In this document: one piece after another, positions 1 through 13,275 of the stretch
How the letters are laid out: every line of letters begins with the position of its first letter
How positions within the stretch are numbered: the stretch's first letter is position 1
Made by a program: the position numbers and the translations under genes
Notes under the pieces: model-generated
What the model was told of the DNA's origin: nothing
Seen by the model: only the letters and a program-made list of their open reading frames with translations
Database searches by the model: none
DNA from: Macrostomum lignano
Lineage: Eukaryota
Direction of reading: 5' to 3'
NCBI GenBank assembly: GCA_002269645.1
Contig: NIVC01001177.1
Span: forward strand, 186,001 to 250,000
DNA: 64,000 nt

Positions 1-69
1 TGTCTGTCTGTCTGTCTGTCTGTCTGCATTAATGTCTGTCTGTCTGTCTGTCTGCATTAATGTCTGTCC

Positions 70-113
<44 letters not shown>

Positions 114-140
114 GTCTGTCTGCATTAATGTCTGTCTGTC
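1..140. repeat. (TGTC)n microsatellite interrupted three times by TGCATTAATG, in BiP intron 2
   Basis: Directly visible; lies beyond the exon 2 donor at 179-178 on the minus strand. Confidence 0.95.
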
Positions 141-179
141 TGTGTTACAATGCCTTAAAAAATTACAGCAAATGCATAC

Positions 180-502
180 CTGAATAGCGGGTTTGGAGTT
201 CTTGTTAACCACAGTGTAGGGCAGCAGTTTGATATCCTTCTGCACCACATCGTCGGCATAATTACGACCAATGATTCGTTTCACATCAAAGATGGTGTTC
301 TCCGGGTTGGTGGTCAGCTGGTTCTTGGCGGCGTCGCCAATCAATCGTTCGCCCTCCGAGGTGAAGGCCACGTAGGATGGGGTGATCCGGTTGCCCTGGT
401 CGTTGGCAATGATTTCAACGCGACCATTCTTGAAGACACCAACGCTGAAATTTCAAAGGTTAATAAGCACGAATTTTAATCATTTGAATGTTTTGACTTT
501 CA

Positions 503-564
<62 letters not shown>

Positions 565-715
565 TTACTTACCAAGAGTATGTTGTGCCCAGATCAATAC
601 CAATAACTGTTCCAACATCTTCCTTCTTCTTCTGGTCAGTTTTTTCCTTGTCAGAGTCGGCCAAAGCAAGGCCAATGCAGACTAGCATTGCCAAGTAGAA
701 AAGCTGCTTGTTCAT
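180..715 (-). CDS. HSPA5: ER chaperone BiP/GRP78 (Hsp70 family), first two coding exons; gene continues off the left edge
   Basis: Exon 715-573 ([47 protein letters not shown]+TG|gtaagt) and exon 444-180 (tttcag|[29 protein letters not shown]...[20 protein letters not shown]...KPAIQ|gtatgc). Signal peptide plus Hsp70 IDLGTTYSC motif; TTNPENT is BiP-like; phases match. Confidence 0.95.
504..561. repeat. (TA)n microsatellite in BiP intron 1
   Basis: Directly visible. Confidence 0.95.
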
Positions 716-2285
716 TATTGTTTGAGTTTGAGAGTTCAAGAGCATGCATTGAAATATTGGATAAGATATAGAAATAGCAGTTAATATAGTTAGATAGCAA
801 TCTATAAAGAAGCATTTGCTTAACTAATTAAATTCAATTTGATAATGTTGAGAAAGTTAAACATAAACTTAATAATATAATTCTAATGTTTTGATATAAA
901 GTTTTGTATTCAACTTTTTTAAGAAATTAAATTCATATTACTCTAGATTATGATTATAAAATATTTTTTTAATGAAATAATAAACAATTGCTAGTTATAG
1001 ATTTTTTATGATATATTAATATAGCAATGTATTTTAAGATTTTTAAGTAGAATATATATGGATCACTTTACAATATATTAATTAATGACTAGACTAACTG
1101 GTATAGCTGTGATAAGCTTGGAAATAGTATATGTAATGCATAGGCATAGCTAGTAACTTTTTAAGAGACTAATCATTTAATATAAAGAAGTATAATAAAA
1201 CCATAAAAAGGAAAGATGAAAATGGTATTTTGGTAAAAGTGGCTTTTTATTTACCTTTATAGCTTTTTTGAACCTTTACTAAATCCAAAGGATAGCCAAT
1301 TTTCATTTGGTACCACCTTAGTCTTAGATCTTAAAGCCATAAACTAAAAGACAATTTTAACTATTTTATTTAAGATATTTTATAGCATATAAACCTATAT
1401 ATGGCTATATTTGAAAAGTCAGGACAAGTAGAAATATCATTATTAGGGATAAAAATAAAAGTTTTAACTAGCTTTTTTCAATCAAAGAGTAATTAATATT
1501 TATTGAAATTTCTCAAAGACATTTTTGCCTTGACTAACAATTAATTATAATTTGCCTTTTTAATAACACTATAAAACTAATAATATAACATGTCATTTTT
1601 TATTATTTATAACTATATATATCATATGCTTTTAAAATGTTATTTAAACACTTTTGTTCAATTTAACACTGATTCTAATTCTAATATATAAAAGTCCCAA
1701 ACTATAGGCCTATATAAATAAAATTTTCTAAATGATTACACATGATGTCACCCAGACCAAATATCCAATATTTAGGCGTATTATCGTACAGCTAGTTTGT
1801 TAAAGAGCTAAGCTATCTGATCTAGACTATATTATATAAATAAAGTTAAGGGGAAAATATTAGTAATACTCCCAAATTCCAATGCCAATGGCAATAGAAA
1901 GTAGAAACTCGACTCGAATTGTGAAGCTCAGTAGGTCGAGTAGGCCTAGACCAAGCAGTTCGCAGTTGCAGATGCAGCATGAAATTGAGCAAGATTTTGT
2001 TTACTTGGCTGGTTGAGGCGGTGAGTCAGGCCATTGCTTTGTTTGCTTGTCTCTCGCAGTTCCGGACTTGGTCGGGAAAAGGACTGTTTTGCTGTTGATA
2101 TTAATAAATAATCAGTCTACAGACCTATTCGGGGTAATGACTCGTCTTCGAGACTAGTTTCTGGCTGCCACGGATCGAGCGAATAAATACCCGGCCATGG
2201 GAAACTGCTATTAAGTTGGCAAGTAAGGAGAGTTCGACAAGAGTATTTAAATTCGCGCGGCAAGCAAATTTTACCATATTCATGT

Positions 2286-2316
2286 TGACGTGTAGCTCGT
2301 GGTGCATTCTCATTGG
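2286..2316 (-). promoter_or_regulatory. ER stress response element (CCAAT-N9-CCACG, 2316-2298) with adjacent UPRE/CRE-like TGACGTG (2286-2292)
   Basis: Minus strand reads CCAAT gagaatgca CCACG (exact 9-nt spacer), oriented toward the BiP gene; TATA-like TTTAAATA at about 2251-2244. Confidence 0.8.
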
Positions 2317-3292
2317 CTGGCGTTTCTAGGAAAGCAAGTTCATGACGTTTAAAACTCTTGATAAATACAAAATTATACTGCTGCTTCGAGATACTCTACT
2401 GATAGTAGAAAATAAGAAATCTGATTACATCTAAAGATTTTTTGCCCCTAGATTATAGCTGAAACGTACACTTGTAGAATACTTCCACAAGTGCGTAAAT
2501 ATTCTAAGTAGTTGAACTAGATTTGAAAATTAATTTCTTCTTTTTGTGCATCTGTGCAAATAATGTTCTACAGATTAAACAAAGGTTTTGTTTAAACAAT
2601 AAATTGATTTTCACCAGTTTAATTCTCAGATTTTCCTGAAGATTCGAATTTCCAAGTTTGAATAGAACTTTTACACAAATTGTAAGCCTACATTTAGCGC
2701 CATCTCTAAGCGTTAATTTCAAAATGCCATTTAATCTGCATGTAGCTGTCGAAATTGACTTTCAGGCGAAAGCATAGTGTAGGCAGATTTTAAATGAAGA
2801 AAAAATTGAGTAAAATCAAAACTTTAATCTTTATCGTTTAGTTGAAATATACGTAGTGCTTATAGCTCGTATTTAACATACTGAAGGGATTAATACAAAA
2901 ATGGTTTTATTTTTCATCACAAAATACCAAATACATTATTTAAAAATTTGCCCAAAATTACTAATAACGTTTCAATTGCATGCTCACAAAAGACTTCTAC
3001 ATTATATTATCAGTAACGAAATACTACTGTAATTATCAGTTGAAAAATAGTAGGGTATTGTACAAATTCTGGCTGTTGGCTGAGACTCAATGCGAAGAAA
3101 AAAGTACATTTCGAAAAAATATATATAATCAACAGCTGGACTTACAAAGCGCGCGCAGCATTATTTTAAAGTAAAAATTATTTAACAATCAACTGATACG
3201 TGCGAGAAAATTTATAAGCTATTCTTAGAGAAAGAAGGCCGTATTGAAACGCGTGATTTAATCAATACTGGGCTAACTGCTGATTGCTTTGA

Positions 3293-3712
3293 ACTCTAGG
3301 ATTGGAGAAGAGAGTTGCTAAGGGGCTCTAGATTGCTGAAGAGCTCTGTTGCTAGGGCCCATGTTGGAGAATAGCATTGTTGCTAGAGACTCTAGATTGG
3401 AGAAGAGCTCTGATGCTAGGGCCCATGTTGGAGAATAGCATTGTTGCTAGAGACTCTAGATTGGAGAAGAGCTCTGTTGCTAGGGCCCATGTTGGAGAAT
3501 AGCATTGTGGCTAGAGACTCTAGATTGGAGAAGAGCTCTGTTGCTAGGGCCCATGTTGGAGAATAGCATTGTGGCTAGAGACTCTAGATTGGAGAAGAGC
3601 TCTGTTGCTAGGGACCATGTTGGAGAATAGCATTGTTGCTAGAGCCTCTAGATTGGAGAAGAGCTCTGTTGCTAGGGCCCCTATGTTGGAGACTGGCATT
3701 GTTACTAGGGAC
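3293..3712. repeat. 64-bp tandem repeat, about 6 copies, made of two diverged ~32-bp halves
   Basis: CTCTAGATTGGAGAAGAGCTCTG recurs at 3390, 3454 and onward. Confidence 0.9.
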
Positions 3713-4200
3713 TGCAGAGACTGAACAGGGCTGCTAGTCTTAATATTAAAGGTAAAGGTGTGTCAGGGGCTGTAGTATACATGCATCTAGAAGAAGGTAC
3801 GGCAGGGATTATAAGTAGAATGTAGATGGCTGATAAAATGGAAGAGCACTTATGAAAAATCTAAATTAAAAACGCACATATGCACTTGCCGCAAAAAGCC
3901 AAGTATTGTTATTATAAAGGAACACAAAAATCGCATTTATAGACTTTTCCGCGAAAAAATTGCTTAATTAATTAATCAACAGGTGAATAAAACAGACACA
4001 GCTATACCGGTTTTCGCATTAATTGAATAGGAATCAACTGAAAGAGCAAACACTCTGAGGAAACTTCATAATTTACAAAAAAAATCGAAATCCATGCAAT
4101 ACTCAAAATAGTGGAAAATTTCCGGCTTAGCCTCTGTTTAAGTCGAGTTAATTTAATTGCTTTATTGCTTGGCGAAACTTGGTTGTACTGTTTTATCAAT

Positions 4201-4340
4201 TTGTATTTGTTTTAATCATTTGTAACGCAGTCAATTTCTTCCGGGTTTGTATTTGTTTTAATCATTTGTTACGGAGTCAATTTCTTCCGGGTTTGCATTT
4301 GTTTTAATCATTTGTTACGCAGTCAATTTCTTCCGGATTG
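4201..4340. repeat. 46-bp tandem repeat x3 just downstream of the MFSD1 stop
   Basis: TTGTATTTGTTTTAATCATTTGT(T/A)ACGCAGTCAATTTCTTCCGG at 4201, 4247, 4293. Confidence 0.9.
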
Positions 4341-4387
4341 ATATTCGTAAAGAAGATACGATTTTTAAAATTAGTTAAACAAAAAAT

Positions 4388-7300
4388 TCACTCGTCTCTA
4401 GCGGCGGCGGCTTCTGCGGCGGCTTTCTCGATGCCCTCAATTCGATGCCGCTCCGCAGCCGATCGATTCAATCTGCCGTCCATATACTTCAAATCCCACA
4501 GGTAGAGCAGGGAGCAGAAGATCAAAGCCAAACAGAGCCACATTAGAAAGAACACCTCCAGCATTAAATAGCCTTTAGCATCGACAATAGCACCCGTGGC
4601 CAAATTGACGCAGGCTAGTCCGAGGTTCTGCACCGATTGCATAATGCCGTAGGCTGTACCCAGGGCCCTACTAGGGACACAATGAGACACCAGCGGCCAC
4701 AGTGAAGCGGCCACAATGCTGTAGCTAACGCCGAACCAAGCCATCAAAGCGTACGGATTCAAATTGAAGGTGAACGCTAAGCAAATATGACAGCCTAGGG
4801 TCAAAAATGTGCCAAACATAATCCAGAGAACGTTGCGACCAGTTCTGTCAATCAGAAAGCCGCATATTGGGCTAGCCACTGCGCTAACAATATAGGGCAA
4901 GCTGGTGATGGCGTCAGCGGCGTCCGGGCTGGTCTGGTAGCGACGCAGGAAGAACACCTCGCCAAGGCTGATGAAGGGGAACACGCTGACGTAGTAGGCT
5001 ACGCAGATGATGCACAATAGCCAGACGGGCAGGGGGAAACGGGTGATGTCGCGCAGCTCGATCTTTTCCCCAGTAGCGGCAGCCTGGGATTAAGGAAATT
5101 AAGAAAAAAAGCCATGCGATTGTTTGCTGCGGCTTATACTGCGGCGTATCAGTCAGGACCGCAATCAGGATGTCAAACTTTAGGAAACAGGCCTTCAATT
5201 AATATTTAGATAGTTAGCGGGTCATAAGAGTCAGGGTGTTACTCCGTAAGAATCAAGGTGTCACCAAATAAGAACTAGGGTGTCCTTAAATCAGAAATCA
5301 GGGTGTCACTCCATCAGAAATCAGGGTGTCACTCCATCAGAAATCAGGGTGTCACTCCATCAAAAATCAGGCTGTCACTCCATCAAAAATCAGGCTGTCA
5401 CTCCATCAGAAATCAGGCTGTCACTCCATCAGAAATCAGGCTGTCACTCCATCAAAAATCAGGCTGTCACTCCATCAGAAATCAGGCTGTCACTCCATCA
5501 GAAATCAGGCTGTCACTCCATCAAAAATCAGGCTGTCACTCCATCAGAAATCATGGTGCCACTCCATCAGAAATCATGGTGCCACTCCATCAGAAATCAT
5601 GGTGCCACTCCATCAGAAATCATGGTGCCACTCCATCAGAAATCATGGTGCCACTCCATCAGAAATCATGGTGCCACTCCATCAGAAATCATGGTGCCAC
5701 TCCATCAGAAATCATGGTGCCACTCCATCAGAAATCATGGTGTCACTCTATCAGAAATCATGGTGCCACTCCATCAGAAATCAGGGTGTCACTCCATCAG
5801 AAATCATGGTGCCACTCCATCAGAAATCAGGCTGTCACTCCATCAGAAATCAGGGTGTCACTCCATCAGAAATCATGGTGCCACTCCATCAGAAATCATG
5901 GTGCCACTCCATCAGAAATCATGGTGCCACTCCATCAGAAATCATGGTGCCACTCCATCAGAAATCATGGTGCCACTCCATCAGAAATCATGGTGCCACT
6001 CCATCAGAAACCAGGGTGTCACTCCATCAGAAATCATGGTGCCACTCCATCAGAAATCAGGGTGTCACTCCATCAGAAATCATGGTGCCACTCCATCAGA
6101 AATCATGGTGCCACTCCATCAGAAATCAGGGTGTCACTCCATCAGAAATCAGGGTGTCACTCCATCAGAAATCATGGTGCCACTCCATCAGAAATCATGG
6201 TGCCACTCCATCAGAAATCATGGTGCCACTCCATCAGAAATCATGGTGCCACTCCAGCAGAAATCATGGTGCCACTCCATCAGAAATCATGGTGCCACTC
6301 CAGCAGAAATCATGGTGCCACTCCATCAGAAATCATGGTGCCACTCCATCAGAAATCATGGTGCCACTCCATCAGAAATCATGGTGCCACTCCATCAGAA
6401 ATCATGGTGCCACTCCATCAGAAATCATGGTGCCACTCCATCAGAAATCAGGCTGTCACTCCATCAGAAATCAGGGTGTCACTCCATCAGAAATCAGGGT
6501 GTCACTCCATCAGAAATCAGGCTGTCACTCCATCAGAAATCAGGGTGCCACTCCATCAGAAATCAGGGTGTCACTCCATCAGAAATCAGGGTGTCACTCC
6601 ATCAGAAATCAGGGTGTCACTCCATCAGAAATCAGGGTGTCACTCCATCAGAAATCAGGGTGTCACTCCATCAGAAATCAGGGTGTCACTCCATCAGAAA
6701 TCAGGGTGTCACTCCATCAGAAATCAGGCTGTCACTCCATCAGAAATCAGGGTGTCACTCCATCAGAAATCAGGGTGTCACTCCATCAGAAATCAGGGTG
6801 TCACTCCATCAGAAATCAGGGTGTCACTCCATCAGAAATCAGGGTGTCACTCCATCAGAAATCAGGGTGTCACTCCATCAGAAATCAGGGTGTCACTCCA
6901 TCAGAAATCAGGGTGTCACTCCATCAGAAATCAGGGTGTCACTCCATCAGAAATCAGGGTGTCACTCCATCAGAAATCAGGGTGTCACTCCATCAGAAAT
7001 CAGGCTGTCACTCCATCAGAAATCAGGGTGTCACTCCATCAGAAATCAGGGTGCCACTCCATCAGAAATCATGGTGTCACTCCATCAGAAATCAGGGTCA
7101 CTCCATCAGAGATCAGGGCGTCCCTCTCATAACCCAGACGGAAATTATTAACATATTTAAAACGTACTCAGCAAAGTGTGTGAAAACAATTGTTTAGAAG
7201 CCTTTAGAAGCCAGAGTAACAAAAATTATATAATTAGTGAAAAGGTTTAACAGTCGATAATAACCCACCTGTTGTCCTAAAAGTCGCTTAGCCCGACGAT

Positions 7301-10300
7301 CGATAAACGCCAGCAGAATGGTGCACATGACAGAGAACACGCAAGTAGCAGACGCGATTAATAACACAACGCCCATATGCTTCGGCGGAGTTAAATCAGT
7401 CAAAGATTTCGCTTTGTAAATCGGTTGCATAACATTCATATTAACGGTACTACCAATTCGAGACATGCTTAACAGAACGCCGAACACCATGTTTAATTCG
7501 TGATCGCGGAACCACGATATAGCGTAGGTGTTCTGCGCTACGGCCAGACTCTCGCCACCAATGCCAAACAGGAACCTAGCAAAGTACATCAGGCCGAGCA
7601 AGTTAAAGAAGGCGCCAGCAGCGAACACTACCTGGCCAACTAGGCAGAAAGAGGCGAATATGAAAGCTCCTAGGCGAATACCAAATACTCGATCGATTAG
7701 AAATCCACCAATCATTGATAAGACCACATTAGGCCAAGAGTACCAAGAGTACAGTGCGGAATATTCGGACGTTGATAGGCCCAGTTTTTCTATGAAAATG
7801 TCCTGCAGAGCGGCCGGATTGTCGTAACAAAAATACGAGCCAAACGATAGAAAGCACATCACCGCTAGAACCATGTAGCGATGGAGAGGGCGTCTGGGGT
7901 TGCAGCATGCCTCCGGCTGGCATCCTGTGTGGCAGTTTGCGTTTTTATCACAATGTGTGGATTGCGGGATGGTCAGTTGGTTTGGGTCACATTAATCATG
8001 TTATTAGTGTTTTAGTCATTTCTATTGCTTCTATAAATAGTTGATACTGTAAGAGTTTTAGACTGCTGCATTGTGCAATGTATTCATGGTATTTGTAAGG
8101 TGCTAGGGTCTACATAGCTCTAAAGATCTATTGAAAAGGGTCAACAATATTTTATACCTTGACTGTGGGCCAGTGTTTTATTTAACTATTAGAATTCCAA
8201 TGCCTTTGGCATTCTTGAGTCTTTATTCAGGAATTTATCCAAATTGAAAACCAGAATTCCAACTAGTATTGCTTAAAAAACCTAATGAAATACCAAAATC
8301 TCTATGCTAAATGCTAAGCCTTTCTGAGTCTCTATAGCCATCTGCTAATTCTATGGGTCAGACTAGATTATAAAATAAGCCTAATTCAATGGTCTTGAGG
8401 TATTTGGACACCAATATATTGAAACTATTTAAACTTTTAGTCATAAGTTATAAAAATCTACAAAATCCAAGAATCTTTTGGAGACTTAACTCTTCTAAAT
8501 TGCCCACAGGAGCAAATCTAAAAAAACATATAAAGGCCCTATCAATGTATCAAATATATAATTGCATAGGCAAACTTTGATCATAGTGCACAGCTACAAA
8601 AAATCACACAAATCACAATTTTTATAGTTCCCTAACTCTTTAGTTCTTTTGTTCCACCTTAAATGGTAAAAGTACACTTTTTATAAAACTTGATTTTAAT
8701 GGTTTTCCTAACTTAAGAAATATAAATATGTTAAGATATTAAGATATGCCACTTGATTTATTCATCTATATAAGATATTTTCTCCAAAGAGTTAGACATT
8801 TATTAACTTCAATAGGTAATCTATAAAAAGCAAATATAAACTAGAAAGAAACAAATACTTTATAGAGAAAAACTTTTTGTTTCATCTCTTTAGTGTTATC
8901 TCTTTATATAGGAATGGCTTTTAAAAATTCCATACTTAAAGACATGGAAATTGTGTTTATAATCCAAAAACTTATACTATAGAAATAATAGCTATGTCCT
9001 TAATAATGACTAGGTCTATACTTAGACACGGCCAGGCTACTAAGTCTATAATATTAAAGCTTATAGACACAGCAGCTATGTCCATACAATATAGGATACA
9101 TCTTATACTGGAGACAATGGCCATGTCAATGAAGTCTACATAGCGCCAGTGGCCATGTTATTAATATTGGAAGGTGGCCATGTCCCTAATGTTGAATAGA
9201 ATCCATTTGACATAGGAGATGGCAGCGGTCTTTTATTGCCAAAATTTAAAGCAATGGTACTATATATGCTTATATGGTAGATGTGCCTGTAAGCTCCAAT
9301 ATTAAATATATACTTTTGTAATTTTAAAATAAAGTATAGTAAATTTTAAAACATCCTTACAAAATACAAAGCTAAAGCTAATATAATAAACTATTTTGTT
9401 CAATTCTTGGCTTGTTATTGTAATATTGTTTTAAATATATTTAGAAATTAAAAAAATTCTTATTGCTTTATTACTTTTTTAATCCCTAAAAGGTTGGGCC
9501 ACAATAAAAAAAATTCCTTACAGTAAATATATGCAAAAAAGTTATTGTAGTATCTATTAGAAATTAAAGTTTTTTTGAAAGTTAATAGGTTAGCTTTGTT
9601 GCTACTAGTTAGATAACAACTTTTATTATGTTAAATTATGTCTTATATAAAAGAAAAAGAATGAAAGACACTAGTTACCATAGTCCGGATCATGGCAGGG
9701 TGTATGCCAAACTAAAACTTAATGGATCCAAAGTTGGCAATCCTACACTCCCATTCGGTAAATTATTTTGACACTGAATTTTGAACAGGCGTGTTAAATA
9801 ACAATGTAACCAAACAAAACTGAAACAGTGGAACATGGTAGCAGTCTATTAGAGTGCATAGTCACTTAGAGTGTGTCTGCAGGTCATTAAGGTGTCTACA
9901 ATGGATAGTAATGTCCAATCCAGTACAGGATAGCCCCAAATGGACATTGGGGATATAGACGACGCCAGAGGAATTCCTCAATGTGTGCGTCAAACATACA
10001 TGCGCAACAGTCGGCCAAGTCGGCCGATCCGGCCGACCGATTTGGCGGCCAACCAAGGAAGTCGCAAAAATGCCGACCCGAAAAACACAGAGTAGTAGCA
10101 CTAAGTAGCTGACGAGGCATTTTGGCTTTATAAGACAGTCATAGTTACTCCTGCTGTTTACCCAAAGTTGGGTTAATTTTGCTGTTGGGTTATTTTACAT
10201 GTAAGTCGCATTTTTTGGCCAAAAACTACGTCGCATTTTTGTTAAAACTAAGTCGCACGGCCGACCGAAATTTGGAGGTTGCGCATGTATGGCGTCAAAG

Positions 10301-11484
10301 AGAGCATCGCTTGTGCCATGCATGTTGCGGATCTTGCACTTTGTATGGGCCCATGTGCCTTGTTTAATGGGATGATGAACCCGGGTGCTACAGGTCGCCC
10401 AGCCATGGCATTGAAGACAGGAAGATATGAGAAATTGAAGCTCAAAAAACAAGCAGCTCACAAGCAATAGCTCCCTTAAACTGACACCCCCTTAAACTCT
10501 GTTTGCTCAAACTTTTGGCCATAGACACATTGCCAATCGATGTCATTTGACTCGGTAGTACGAATTCAAATGTCAAAATAATTTACTGAACGGAAGTGTA
10601 CAGGACTGTCCCAAAGTTTGTACGCTAATGTATGCCAATTTTTTTCTGCCTTCCCTAACTGTACACCACTTTTATAGGTACAAATTTCTGAAAATGAAAA
10701 ATTAACAAAAAATGGAGCATATTGTAATTAAAATACAGTTATACCTATGTTATATATATCCCTGTTATACTGCAAGCAAGTAAAATATATATTATGCCTC
10801 TAGCAGCAGGTTTTATTAGAATATTAAAATTATTCAATAGAACAATAGATGGAAATATATTTTGTTAAAGTGAATGTATTTCTAACATAAATTCCATTTT
10901 TTAAATTATCATGCAAATTCCTAAAAAATACCAATGTTTATATACATTACATTGCAAGTTGCAACAGCAACAGCGTGTATGCCACTTACTCCAATAGGTA
11001 GGGCCCAATTTTTTGGTTGTATGCCAATGTACGCCAATAGGGTTAGCAAGGGGTGACTGTATACCAAATTAATTTGGCGTACAGGCCATGATCCAGACTA
11101 TGGACTAGTTATAGCAAAAAATGGCAAAAGCTGTTTTTCTTTGGTTTTACATGCATTTTAGGCCTAAGGCTGACTTTTTTAGTCATTAATGCTATTTTGT
11201 AACTTCCTACTTAACAATATAACAAAGAATATGGTTTAATTGAATTACTTCGATTGGGATGGTATAATTATGAATAATTATTGATTAATAACTTCAATAA
11301 AAAAGTTGGCAAAAAGTTTCAATTAATTCACTATTCAAAAACAACTAGGCCTAGTATAAAATTTTACGCTAATAAAACCAATTTACTACTTTTTACCTGT
11401 ATATTCTTGAATTTCATCACTTTCGCTCAAGCCATCTTGTGCTGGTTGGAGAAGAGGGCTTCTTTCAGTTACGTTTTGGTCCAT
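4388..11484 (-). CDS. MFSD1: Lysosomal MFS transporter MFSD1, 3 coding exons, about 479 aa
   Basis: Exons 11484-11397 (MDQNVTERSPLLQP...EYT G|gt), 7924-7269 (GCQPEACCNPRRPLHRYMVLAVMCFLSFGSYFCYDNPAALQ...LYSWYSWPNVVL...GIGGESLAVAQNTY...GQQ|gt) and 5083-4388 (AAATGEKIELRDITRFPLPVW...GTAYGIMQSVQNLGLA...). Phases 1 and 0 match; total 1440 nt; N-terminal dileucine motif. Confidence 0.93.
5275..7115. repeat. 23-bp minisatellite (TCACTCCATCAGAAATCAGGGTG and variants), about 79 copies, filling MFSD1 intron 2
   Basis: Directly visible; source of three spurious ~620-aa ORFs. Confidence 0.97.
9678..11103. mobile_element. Non-autonomous DNA transposon, 1426 bp, 19-bp TIRs, 8-bp TSD, in MFSD1 intron 1
   Basis: Left end CCATAGTCCGGATCATGGC, right end GCCATGATCCAGACTATGG (1 mismatch); ACTAGTTA at both 9670-9677 and 11104-11111; no transposase recognised. 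Confidence 0.85.
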
Positions 11485-12774
11485 TAGTAACGAAAGAAGT
11501 TAAACTTAAAGTATATTTTATTAACGTAACAGTTTTTGTAGGCCTATACTCTACTGCCAGCAATAAGCACTGGAAATTATTTAGATGTACTAGCTACCTT
11601 GAATCACCAGTATAGAATTGCTTAATTCTTTGTACCAGGCAGAACAATATGTGTAATTGTCGGTGATTTTAAAAATTATTTTCCTCTCGAAATATCTTTT
11701 ACATGTTTACACGAAAAATAGCTTCTACAAATATTAAAAATTTTGTGGATGTCGTCCCGTAATGACATTTTTTAGAAAAGTAATCAGGTAAAATATCTAA
11801 AATCTTTAAAGCTCTTTCAAACACGCTCTGTACGGTTTGTTAGTTTCGGGTTTACTGCCGGTTTTACGTAAATTGCATGGACATGAACAATGGCCGGATC
11901 CAGAGAATAATAAGGGGTGGCGTCCCCGTGCATTTGCTCTTACATTGATGTCCTCTCAAACTCTTGTCTTGAGCGTACATGAACGCATAACAGTTCTTAA
12001 ATTTCTAAAATTACTGCACGACACTGCATAGTACGTGTAACCGTAAATACTTTGTCGTTTAACCATCGAATCCCCTTTCCACAGCCCCATAGTGGAATGC
12101 GAATAACTGACATTTAACTGATAACTTATCGTTGCCAAAATAGATCAATATCTAATTTACATGCACATAGTGTGCATATTGCTTTGTCTAATGTAAGCCG
12201 TTTACCAAAAGCTTCTGGGCATACTAGGCAAAAGCAAGCTTTACATGATGCTTACAAGATTATACCTTATAATTTTATAGATCGAAAAATGGAATTTTTA
12301 ATGCCATCTAGGGCTTACCGGCACTGGCACACAGACCTGTGTGAATGAACGTACTATCGTTTGTAAGTATTAGCTCTAATTATGTGACTGTTACATAGAG
12401 CTAGAACTATCGATATTAAACTGCTTTAAGACACCAAGACGCACTTTGACTTGTAAAGTTAAATTCAAAATTATTTATTATAAATATTCCATCCATGATA
12501 AATAAGTCAAATGCAATACCATTTTAACCGAGAGCAGTAAGCGGAGCAAGCAAAAACATAAAATTTATCGTTACATTCGCAACAAAGATTAGCTAGCGAA
12601 TGCTCAGGAGCAACTTTTAACTTGTGCATTAACAATTAGAATTGTTAATTTTTTAGCAGTAAAAAGTGTGTTTGTCAGGCAAAGAGTTTTGATATTTATT
12701 TAGGAAACATGAAATAATGGTTTACGAAGACAGATTTTTGTAAAAGAAAACGATTCAGGGGATAAGAATGAATT

Positions 12775-13275
12775 TCAATTATTCTGAGGATTTGAAGGCA
12801 GATTATTCTGATAATTTGAAGGCCGATTATTCAGTGAATTTGAAGGTTGATTATTCTGAGGATTTGAAGGCTTATTATTCGGAGGATTTGAAGGCTGATT
12901 GTTCTGAGGATTTTAGGGCCGATTATCATGAGTATTTGAAAGCTGATTATTCTGAGGATTTGAAGGCTTATTATTCGGAGGATTTGAAGGCTGATTGTTC
13001 TGAGGATTTTAGGGCCGATTATGATGAGTATTTGAAGGCTGATTATTCTGAGGATTTGAAGGCTTATTATTCGGAGGATTTGAAGGCTGATTGTTCTGAG
13101 GATTTTAGGGCCGATAATCATGAGTATTTGAAGGCTGATTATTCTGAGGATTTGAAGGCTGATGATTCTGAGGATTTGAAGGCCGATTATTTTGAGGATT
13201 TGAAGGCTGATTATTCTGAGGATTTGAAGACCGATTATTACGAGGATTTGAAAGCTGATTATTCCGAAGATTTGA
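12775..13275. repeat. 24-bp tandem repeat with a 96-bp higher-order unit, directly downstream of the POLR3F stop
   Basis: Unit GATTATTCTGAGGATTTGAAGGCT; the variant TATTATTCGGAGG recurs at 12872, 12968, 13064. Confidence 0.92.

Noticed and set aside
2020-2030. Plus-strand GGTGAGTCAG as the donor of a divergent gene
   Set aside because: No downstream plus-strand exons found; it is equally an AP-1-like TGAGTCA or a chance match.
5280-7197. Three 609-623-aa ORFs
   Set aside because: They arise from a stop-free 23-bp unit cycling through frames, antisense within an MFSD1 intron. The same applies to ORFs at 12.8, 13.5, 30.8, 32.5, 36.6-38.3, 41.5, 43.2, 45.1, 46.2, 47-48.7 and 61 kb.
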